From the NCBI GenBank assembly GCA_965200965.1, contig OZ241744.1, positions 1,216,001-1,280,000 on the forward strand: a DNA stretch of 64,000 nt, written 5' to 3'. Source of the stretch: an uncultured Candidatus Binatia bacterium. GTDB taxonomy: Bacteria; Desulfobacterota; Binatia; Bin18. This document shows positions 12,497 to 20,461 of this stretch, piece after piece. Under the pieces are notes generated by a model. The model was not told the DNA's origin. It did no database searches and worked only from the letters and a program-made list of their open reading frames with translations. Both the position numbers and the translations under genes were made by a program. Each line of letters opens with the position of its first letter. Position 1 is the stretch's first letter.

Positions 12497-13496
12497 TCAA
12501 CTCCAACATGCGGTCGATCGCCCGTTCGGCGGCCACCCGGATATCCTCGTCCAGGGTAATCTCGTAGCGCTGCACCCGCAGGGAGTCACGCACGCCGTCG
12601 AGGGTAATCATCTTCATGTAGTGGCACAGCTGGCAGCTCTTGTAGAACTTCTTTTCGGGAATTTCGAGCAGCAGCCGGTCGGACAGACCACACTCGGTGA
12701 CGATCAGAAACTCCTCGGCCGGACTGTCTTTGGCATAGCGCACCATGGCGCTGGTTGACAGCACCGCGTCGGCCAGCCGAATCACATCTTCCCGACACTC
12801 GGGATGCACCAGGACTTTGACATGGGGCAGCTTGTCACGCACCGACAGAATGTGCTGGGGGGTGATCTGGTGGTGGACATAACAGTTGCCCTCCCAGGAC
12901 AGGATGGTTTTGGTGGTCTGGGTCTGCACATAGCGGGCCAGATTCTCGTCCGGGACAAACAGGATGTGTTCGGTGTCGAGGGACTCGACGATCTGCACCG
13001 CGTTGGCCGAGGTACAGCAAGCGTCACACTCGGCTTTCACGTCCGCGGTGGTGTTGACATAACAGATGGTCTGGAGGTCGGGATAGACCGTGCGCAGTTC
13101 GTGCTTGCGCTCGGCCAGCGCCTCGCCGGTGATACTCTCGGCCAAGGAGCAGCCGGCCTTCAGGTCGGGCAGCAGAATTGTGCGCTCCGGGTTTACGACC
13201 TTGGCCGTCTCAGCCATAAAATGCACACCGCAGAACACAATTTGGTCGGACTCGACTTTTTTGGCCTGACGAGCGAGTTCGAGCGAGTCGCCGATAAAGT
13301 CGGCCACCTCGAAAATTTCGGGCCGCTGATAGTTATGGGCCAGGATGACCGCGTTGTGCTCCTGCTTGAGGTGGTTGATGTCGTGAATCCAGTCCGCATA
13401 TTCGGCACAGGCCGCGGGCGTGTATGCGCTGTCAAGCTGCGACAGATGGTCGTAGAGTTCTTGCGGGGTCTTTTCCCCGCCGTAGATAGGGTGCAT
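12489..13496 (-). CDS. nadA: Quinolinate synthase
   Basis: ILAHNYQ, GDSLEL, FCGVHFMAE, AGCSLA, YVNT, CYVH, VHPEC, CHYMK. Confidence 0.96.
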   Translation of the reverse strand: MHPIYGGEKTPQELYDHLSQLDSAYTPAACAEYADWIHDINHLKQEHNAVILAHNYQRPEIFEVADFIGDSLELARQAKKVESDQIVFCGVHFMAETAKVVNPERTILLPDLKAGCSLAESITGEALAERKHELRTVYPDLQTICYVNTTADVKAECDACCTSANAVQIVESLDTEHILFVPDENLARYVQTQTTKTILSWEGNCYVHHQITPQHILSVRDKLPHVKVLVHPECREDVIRLADAVLSTSAMVRYAKDSPAEEFLIVTECGLSDRLLLEIPEKKFYKSCQLCHYMKMITLDGVRDSLRVQRYEITLDEDIRVAAERAIDRMLELSA

Positions 13497-13512
13497 ATTC
13501 CCTCCCCGGGGG

Positions 13513-13533
13513 TTTGCGTAGACTTGACGCATA
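13513..13533. promoter_or_regulatory. NrtR operator
   Basis: 21-bp palindrome TTTGCGTAGACTTGACGCATA with the GT-N7-AC core, just upstream of the nadA RBS. Confidence 0.75.
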
Positions 13534-13613
13534 CTATGACCGTAGAATGGCCAGATGTCAAGACCGCGCCCGGCCGTTTTGTTGAGGCGGGGGCATTATG
13601 GTATAGGGACGGT

Positions 13614-14483
13614 ATGAACTACCTGAAATCGGAGCCCTTTTCCATCAAGGGCCACCCGGAACTTGACGAGAGATGGGTACAGAATCTTATCGCCGACGAC
13701 CCTGCAATCCTCGGCTTAGGCGATCTGGAGTTGCGGGATAGGGAACGGAGACAGCCTCGTGCCGGGAGGCTCGATCTGCTCCTCCAAGATACCGAGACCG
13801 ATCGGCGGTACGAGGTGGAAATTCAGCTTGGGGCAACAGACGAGTCCCACATCATCAGGACCATTGAGTACTGGGATATCGAGAAAAAACGCTATCCACA
13901 GTATGAGCACGTCGCAGTGATCGTGGCCGAAGATATTACGAGCCGCTTCCTCAACGTGATTGCGCTCTTCAACGGCACGTTGCCGCTGATCGCCCTCCAG
14001 ATGCGGGCACTCCGGGTCGGCGACTCCATCACCCTGGTGTTCACCAGGGTGATGGACGAATTGGAACGCGGGCTTATTGACGATGATGAAGACGCCGAGG
14101 CAGCGCCAGCCACCCGGGCCTATTGGGAGCAGCGGGAAACGGGGGAGACGCTCGCTTTGGCCGATCGGGTGTTGAAGAGCGCGTGTGAACTCGATCCTGA
14201 ACTGAAGCCGAAATACGGTCGAAGCTCCATCGTACTCGAAAAGAATGGTCGATCGTATTCGTTCGTGAGGATTACGCCACGGAAGGAGTATCTCCTCCTG
14301 AAGGTCAAATTGCCGGATACAGACGAATTCCGCCAGACCATACAGGGTGCTGAACTTGACCTTTGGAAGTACGGGAGAAAACACTATGATATCCGCCTGA
14401 GGAAAGATGATCTCGAATCCAAAGCCGAGGCTGTCCAAAAACTCCTGCGCCACGCTTACGAATACCGACGGGATCATGACTGA
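13614..14483 (+). CDS. PD-(D/E)xK-like nuclease domain protein (NucS-like N-terminus, DUF5655-like C-terminus)
   Basis: ERWVQ..., GRLDLL, YEVEIQ, VIVAE; looks more AT-rich than neighbours. Confidence 0.7.
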   Translation: MNYLKSEPFSIKGHPELDERWVQNLIADDPAILGLGDLELRDRERRQPRAGRLDLLLQDTETDRRYEVEIQLGATDESHIIRTIEYWDIEKKRYPQYEHVAVIVAEDITSRFLNVIALFNGTLPLIALQMRALRVGDSITLVFTRVMDELERGLIDDDEDAEAAPATRAYWEQRETGETLALADRVLKSACELDPELKPKYGRSSIVLEKNGRSYSFVRITPRKEYLLLKVKLPDTDEFRQTIQGAELDLWKYGRKHYDIRLRKDDLESKAEAVQKLLRHAYEYRRDHD

Positions 14484-15445
14484 AGAGGCCTTAGCGAAGA
14501 TTCCCTAGCCCGGGCGTACAGGGCTTGGCCAAAGGCGACCCGCTCGGCTACCGACAGATTCTGAGGTGCGCTCCGCTCAACTGCCTCGATCAAGGGCCGC
14601 AAGCCGCGCCGATTGGCGAGCTGGATGAGGAGGCCGGGCCGGGCGTTCAACTCCAGCACACACGGGCCGCGGTCCACATCAAGCACTACATCAACGCCCA
14701 GGTATTTGACGCCGGTTGCATCCGCGCAGCGGGTGGCAACACGCACCAGCCCGTCCCACTCCGGGACCTGGACGCCGCTCAGCCCAAGCCCCGTATCGGG
14801 GTGCTCTCCCACCCAACATCGTCTCGCAATAGCCCCGCTGGTCACCCCGCTGACCAGGTCGATACCAAGGCCGAGGCCGCCGTTGTCCAGATTGGCCCGG
14901 CCCTGAGACCGGCGGGTTGCCAGGCGCAGCATGGCCATCAGCGGGATGCCCCGAAACACAATGACCCGGATATCGGGCAAGCCCTGGAAGCTGAGCCGGG
15001 CCAGGCTCGGGTGTGCCCGCAGACGGCGTTCGACAAAGGCCTCGTCATAGCGGTGGTTGAGCGAATAGACGCCGCTCAGGATATCGGACAGGTGGTTCTC
15101 CAGCGTCCGCACACTGAGTGTTCTGCCTCCCAAGCTCACCAACGCCTCGTCCTGACGGCCGGCAACGACGATCACCCCTCCTCCGCCCGTGCCCTGGGCG
15201 GGTTTGATCACAAAATCCTGCCAAGCGGCCGCGTGATTGGCAAACTGCTTGATATCGTGCTGAAAACGATACACCGCCAACGTCTCGGCAACCGGAATGT
15301 CGCACGCCCGCAAGCATTTCTTGGTGTGCAACTTGTGGATAGTTGCATGGGCCAGGCGGCGCGGATTATAGCGGGCGACCAAGTCGCGGTCTCGCCGGTT
15401 CAGACCAAGAAATTCCCGGGACACGCTGCGTAGCTGCCGCAACAT
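14474..15445 (-). CDS. Alpha-L-glutamate ligase-like ATP-grasp protein (RimK-related)
   Basis: LGLNRR, FVIKPAQG, ILSGVYSL, GLPDIRVIV, AMLRL, GRANL, YLGVDVV, LELNARPGL. Confidence 0.88.
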   Translation of the reverse strand: MLRQLRSVSREFLGLNRRDRDLVARYNPRRLAHATIHKLHTKKCLRACDIPVAETLAVYRFQHDIKQFANHAAAWQDFVIKPAQGTGGGGVIVVAGRQDEALVSLGGRTLSVRTLENHLSDILSGVYSLNHRYDEAFVERRLRAHPSLARLSFQGLPDIRVIVFRGIPLMAMLRLATRRSQGRANLDNGGLGLGIDLVSGVTSGAIARRCWVGEHPDTGLGLSGVQVPEWDGLVRVATRCADATGVKYLGVDVVLDVDRGPCVLELNARPGLLIQLANRRGLRPLIEAVERSAPQNLSVAERVAFGQALYARARESSLRPLQS

Positions 15446-15461
15446 TGGGGTATGTCCCGGT

Positions 15462-17573
15462 CTAGCTGCGGTCTGGGGCCGCGGCGCGGTGCAGTACACG
15501 GGCAAAACGCAGATATTCGATCAGGCGCAGGCCGCGCCAACAGCCGACCGCAAGCTCCAGCCCGATGATGACGAGTAACAGATCGGGAAAGGCCAGCAAC
15601 AGCGGCTTCAGATCGGTGTTCTCAATACACACATACGACACCAGAGCCACCAGCAGGGTATTGGCGGCCAGCCGCAGCGCTTCCCGAGTGCCGCGCTCCA
15701 ACTGGGTATTGCTGAAATTTTCTATCATATTGGCAAGAATGACCACGGGGAAAATCCCGACATGCAGCAGTGCCCCAAGGCCCAGCTGAGCGCCGACGAG
15801 GGTCAGTCCGGCCGTGCTCACCGCTACCACCGCAATCAGGATCGCCACCCGCGCAACGAGGTGCAGCCGGAGCCCTTGCAGGGCTAGGCGCAGGCCGCCA
15901 CCGATACCGATAATAGCGCCGAAGATCAGCAGGCCCCAGCCCAGACCGGTTGTCAGAAAAGCCAGGGCGAGCAGCATGGGGGCAAAAAACCCAAACGTCT
16001 CTACACCGATGAGATTGCGCCCAATGACCAGGAAAAAAGCAATGACGGGCAGCACCAGCATGGCGTTCAGCGCCAGCAGCGAGACCTCGGCTCGGATGGC
16101 GTGCTGCCACACGCTGACCACCCGGGCCCGCCACCAGCTCAGCTCAGCGTCGCCTTGAGGCGAGGGGCGGGAGAGCGCGAGGTCGGCCAGGCTGGTCTCC
16201 CACACATGGCTGGGGTCCGGCTGATGGGGCAGCAACACCACCGAGGCCGGTTCAAGCACGCGGTCTATCAGCGCCGCAAAGACCTTCCTGACTGGCCGGG
16301 CCACGCCGCTGGCTATGACCAGACGGGTGTTGGGCAGCCCATCCTCGAATCGAGCCTGGTCAAGCAGGGCGTAGAGCCCAGCCGCGTCGCGGGTCGTGAG
16401 CAGGACCAGGTTCGCCTCACGCAGGAGTGTGCGGTGAACTTCGAGAATGGTTCGCAGGCAGTCCTGGCGGAAGGCACGGGAGCCATCCAGGGTGGTGAAG
16501 ACCGAGGCGTTGACACCGGCCGCCCGGGCTCGGGCCAACAGCGGCTGGAGGACATGGTCTGGCAGCGGACTTTCGTGGATCAATACGACCGAGGCCCGTG
16601 CTCGGTCAACAGAGGCGGTTGCCGTCCAACATTGATCGTGGCCGTGCAAGCCATCCGGTTGAGGGGCCGTGTCTGTGGCCAGGGCAGCGCTGCGGGTCAG
16701 GCGCTGAATGACAAAGCGGTAGTCCACCGACCCCTGCCGGGTGTGGACCAACAGCGGCAGATCGTTACGGTAGAGAGCCAGATAGGTATTTGGCAACCAG
16801 CCAAGATAGCCACCGGCCGGATCGACCGGAATCCAACTCCGACCAACAAACGCCTCAGCCCAATATATCGTTGTGCGCGCCTGCCCGACATCGCCGAGTC
16901 GAATCCCGCCGACCACCCGGGCCGGAATGCCAACCGCCCGCAGGACGGCCACCAGGGCCCGCGCCTTGCCGGCCCGGCCGCCCCGCTCGGCGTTGAGGAC
17001 GGCCAAGGCGTCGTTGGCGGTTTCGGAAGCGGACGGCGGACCAAAGTCGGCAATATAGTCGTACAAAGCCTCGAGCGCGTGGTCGAGACGCTGGGCGTGG
17101 TGGACGACACGCCAGGCCTGTTGCTGAATCTGGGGCATATTGCTCTGAATCATCTCAGACGCGGCCAGATAGGGCAACGACTCAGCGGCGACCGTCTGGA
17201 ATGGAAAAGCGTGCCGGGGCAGCACAGTCCGGACCTCGCTGATCTGCACGGTGTAGGCGTAGCGAATGTACCGGGGCGCGGGCGGTCTGTCCGTGACCCG
17301 CCAATGGCCCCACAGGTTGACCTCGTCGGTCTCTTCCCAGTACCGGACTCTGGGGGTGTGTGTACGCCGCGAGACAATGCTCTGACGGCCGTCGGACAGC
17401 GGCAGGAGCATTTTGATATGGGTGCCGGGTGCCGCTGCCGTGAGGCTGAGTTGGACGTGCACATCCCAGTAGGCGCGAGCTGCGGAGCCGTCGGCTTGGA
17501 CCGGACGGGATGGGGCGATGAGCGCCAGGACCAGGAGGGACAGCCAGACCCGGGCGGGGACAATACGACGCAT
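15462..17573 (-). CDS. Inactive transglutaminase fused to a 7TM domain
   Basis: Signal peptide, LRAVGIPARVVGG, WAEAF, WIPVDP; C-terminal RNLIGVETFGFFAPMLLALAF, FPVVILANMIE, WRGLRLIEYLRF. Confidence 0.82.
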   Translation of the reverse strand: MRRIVPARVWLSLLVLALIAPSRPVQADGSAARAYWDVHVQLSLTAAAPGTHIKMLLPLSDGRQSIVSRRTHTPRVRYWEETDEVNLWGHWRVTDRPPAPRYIRYAYTVQISEVRTVLPRHAFPFQTVAAESLPYLAASEMIQSNMPQIQQQAWRVVHHAQRLDHALEALYDYIADFGPPSASETANDALAVLNAERGGRAGKARALVAVLRAVGIPARVVGGIRLGDVGQARTTIYWAEAFVGRSWIPVDPAGGYLGWLPNTYLALYRNDLPLLVHTRQGSVDYRFVIQRLTRSAALATDTAPQPDGLHGHDQCWTATASVDRARASVVLIHESPLPDHVLQPLLARARAAGVNASVFTTLDGSRAFRQDCLRTILEVHRTLLREANLVLLTTRDAAGLYALLDQARFEDGLPNTRLVIASGVARPVRKVFAALIDRVLEPASVVLLPHQPDPSHVWETSLADLALSRPSPQGDAELSWWRARVVSVWQHAIRAEVSLLALNAMLVLPVIAFFLVIGRNLIGVETFGFFAPMLLALAFLTTGLGWGLLIFGAIIGIGGGLRLALQGLRLHLVARVAILIAVVAVSTAGLTLVGAQLGLGALLHVGIFPVVILANMIENFSNTQLERGTREALRLAANTLLVALVSYVCIENTDLKPLLLAFPDLLLVIIGLELAVGCWRGLRLIEYLRFARVLHRAAAPDRS

Positions 17574-17580
17574 CCGCTCG

Positions 17581-18615
17581 TCACCGACCACCCGGGCTTA
17601 GCCGACTGCCAGCTTGTACCGGGGCGACCCGCTCCCAGCCGCCGGGCTGGCAACGAAAGGCCAAGAAGCGGCCAACTAGCTCGTGGTACTGTCCGACACT
17701 GCTCAACTCTTTCATCGCCAAACGGAAGGATTTACACGGCCCAAAAGACCGGGCGTAGTAGTCAATCACCTTCCGAAACTGGAGACAGGCCAGCTTTTCT
17801 CCGCGCAGTTCAACGCTGCGGAGAAAATGACGGGTCATAAAGGCGATGCGTTCTTCAAGGCTGGGGGCGGGCGGCGGGGTATTGTGCAAGCCGGCCCGGA
17901 TCTGGTGAAAGACCCACGGGTTGGCCACCGCGGCCCGGCCGATGGCCACTCCGGCACAGTCCGTTTCGTTGAGCATACGCCCGGCCGTTGCCACATCACA
18001 GATATCTCCGTTGCCAAACACCGGGATGGAGCGGACCGATTCGACCACCCGGCGAATGCCGGCCACATCAACGCTGCCGCCAAATGCGCCGGCCCGGGTC
18101 CGGCCGTGAATCGTCAACGCCGCAACCCCCGCGTCTGCCAGAAGCGGCGCAACAAGGGCCGCGTCGAGCCGCGTCGCGTCCCAGCCGAGCCGTGTTTTGA
18201 CGGTGACCGGAATCGTAACCGCTCTGGTGATAGTCTCGATAAACCGTGCGGTTCGCCTCGGATCTTTGAGCATCGCCGCCCCCGCTCCGATTTTGACCAC
18301 CTTCTCGACCGGGCAGCCCATATTGATATCAATCAGGTCGGCCCCCCGCTCTTGCAGCTGCAGGGCAGCGTCACGGACCTCTTCGGCAACCGGGCCGAAC
18401 AGCTGGGCGCTTAGCGGGGCGTCCTCGGCGCGTGTCTCAGCCAGGGCAAACGCCTTGGGCTGCTTTTCCAGGAAGGCCCGTGCATGTATCAGCTCGGTCG
18501 TGGCCAAGCCAAAGCCGCCCAACTCACGCATACACAGCCGGAAAGCCAGGGTGGTATACCCGGCCAGCGGGGCGAGGCACAGGTTGGAGTTGAGCGCAAC
18601 GGTTCCGATTTGCAT
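17581..18615 (-). CDS. dusB: tRNA-dihydrouridine synthase
   Basis: LAPLAG, IDINMGCP, VTVKTRLGW, HGRTR, GNGDI, IGRAAVANPW. Confidence 0.9.
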   Translation of the reverse strand: MQIGTVALNSNLCLAPLAGYTTLAFRLCMRELGGFGLATTELIHARAFLEKQPKAFALAETRAEDAPLSAQLFGPVAEEVRDAALQLQERGADLIDINMGCPVEKVVKIGAGAAMLKDPRRTARFIETITRAVTIPVTVKTRLGWDATRLDAALVAPLLADAGVAALTIHGRTRAGAFGGSVDVAGIRRVVESVRSIPVFGNGDICDVATAGRMLNETDCAGVAIGRAAVANPWVFHQIRAGLHNTPPPAPSLEERIAFMTRHFLRSVELRGEKLACLQFRKVIDYYARSFGPCKSFRLAMKELSSVGQYHELVGRFLAFRCQPGGWERVAPVQAGSRLSPGGR

Positions 18616-18625
18616 CCCAACCACC

Positions 18626-20461
18626 CTAGCGCCGATCAAACTGTCCTTCCAGTTGCTTGATCGACATGCGGACCATTGTCGGCCGGCCGTGCGGGCAGGT
18701 AAAGGGCGATTGGCAGGCCAGCAAAGATCTCAGCAGGGCCTTCATCGACTCGGGCGTCAGCGTTTGGCCGGCTTTGACCGATTTGACCTTGCAGGCGACC
18801 CGCGCCGCCAAGTCTGCCTGTTTGGCCGCAACCGAGTCCTCAGACCGGCCATCGGCGCGGGCTTGAGCGAGCTCAACAATCAGCTCTGGGGTGTCAGCCG
18901 GACGAAAATACGGTGGGGTGGCTTGGACCTGATAGGTCTTGCCGCCAAACGGCCGAATATCAAAACCGACGCGGGCCAAGTAGGTGTGCAGCTCGTCCAG
19001 GGCGGTCCGGGCCGAGGCGTCAAGCTCAAACATGACCGGCAGGAGCAACGCCTGTGACTCGCCCCTGCCGGTGCGTAAGCTGGCCAGCACCTGCTCATAC
19101 ACCACCCGCTCATGGGCCGCGTGCTGATCCACCAGCCACAACTCGGCTTCTACCTCAACCAGGATAAACAGTTCGTGGCTCTGGCCAAGCACTCGAAAAG
19201 CCGGGTCCTGGGGGCGCGGCAAAAGTTCGGGCTGGGCCGGCTCGGCTCCCGCGGCGGGGGACGAGAGGGAAAGAGGAGTGGCTTCCCGGACCTGGGGTGC
19301 CACACGGAGTGCGGCTTGGCGCGGTGGCCGGGAGGGCGCGACCGGTGTTGAAGGCTGCGGGGGGCGGGGTAGGGAAGAATAGTCCGGGATCGGACTCTCG
19401 TCGCTCAGCGTCCCGGATGCGGCGGGTGGGGCTGGTAGATCCAGGCGCTTAAACAGATTGGCCCGGTCGAGCGTACGGCGAACTTGGCGGACCAGCGCCT
19501 CCAACACCGCCTGTTCATCCTGAAACTTTACCTCACGCTTGGTTGGATGCACATTGACGTCGACCTCGCGCGGCGAAACGGCCACAAACAGCACGCCGAC
19601 CGGAAAACGTTTGGCCGGCAGCAGTTCGCCGTAAGCGCGGCTCAGGGCAGAAGACAGCGGCTGGCTTTTGACTTGGCGGCCATTGACATACAAGTACTGG
19701 CCGGTGCGGGTGTTTTTGGTGTGGTCGGGTGGTCCGAGGATGCCGCGCAGCCGGACTGCGGTGTCCTCCATCCCGTGGTCGGTCAACATGAGGCTGGCCG
19801 ACCACAGGTCTCCCAGGACGGCTTCTGCCCGCAGACGCAGCGCCTGTGGTCCGCTGTGCGGCAAGGCGTCAAAGACGAGCTTTCCATCCCGACTGAAAAC
19901 AAATCGCAACTCGGGCCGAGACAGTGCCAGTCCAATCAGGACATCCTCAATATAATTACCCTCGGCGACCGGCGACTTGAGGAAGGCCCGCCGCGGGGGC
20001 GTATTAAAAAAGAGGTGCCGAACACTGACGGTTGTGCCCCGGCTGGCCGCGATGGGCGAGGATTCGGCCGGCTCGCTGCCGGCAACGCGGACACAGCTTC
20101 CCTCTGGCGCATCGCCCGTGCGTGACACAATCTCCAGACGCGATATTGCCGCAATACTGGCCAGGGCTTCCCCTCGAAACCCCAAGGTGGACAGCCCAAA
20201 CAGGTCGCTGCTGCGGCGGATTTTACTCGTCGTGTGGCGCTGGACGGCCAGCAGCATGTCCTCGGGCGACATGCCCTGGCCGTCGTCGTGGACCGTCATC
20301 TCGCGGCTACCGCCCTCCACAATCTGGACGCGGACCGTCTGGGCACCGGCGTCAATCGCGTTTTCGACCAGCTCTTTGACGACCGAGCCCGGCCGCTCAA
20401 TGACCTCACCGGCCCGAATCTGCTCAACCGTTCGTGGGTCGAGGCGCTGAATCCGACTCAT
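18626..20461 (-). CDS. mutL: DNA mismatch repair protein MutL (endonuclease type)
   Basis: VKELVENAIDAG, GFRGEALASI, DVNVHPTK, DQHAAHER, ACK, CPHGRP. Confidence 0.97.
   Translation of the reverse strand: MSRIQRLDPRTVEQIRAGEVIERPGSVVKELVENAIDAGAQTVRVQIVEGGSREMTVHDDGQGMSPEDMLLAVQRHTTSKIRRSSDLFGLSTLGFRGEALASIAAISRLEIVSRTGDAPEGSCVRVAGSEPAESSPIAASRGTTVSVRHLFFNTPPRRAFLKSPVAEGNYIEDVLIGLALSRPELRFVFSRDGKLVFDALPHSGPQALRLRAEAVLGDLWSASLMLTDHGMEDTAVRLRGILGPPDHTKNTRTGQYLYVNGRQVKSQPLSSALSRAYGELLPAKRFPVGVLFVAVSPREVDVNVHPTKREVKFQDEQAVLEALVRQVRRTLDRANLFKRLDLPAPPAASGTLSDESPIPDYSSLPRPPQPSTPVAPSRPPRQAALRVAPQVREATPLSLSSPAAGAEPAQPELLPRPQDPAFRVLGQSHELFILVEVEAELWLVDQHAAHERVVYEQVLASLRTGRGESQALLLPVMFELDASARTALDELHTYLARVGFDIRPFGGKTYQVQATPPYFRPADTPELIVELAQARADGRSEDSVAAKQADLAARVACKVKSVKAGQTLTPESMKALLRSLLACQSPFTCPHGRPTMVRMSIKQLEGQFDRR

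Noticed and set aside
12804-13613. N-terminal extension of the 559-aa ORF
   Set aside because: It is antisense to nadA; the protein-like sequence starts at ATG 13614.
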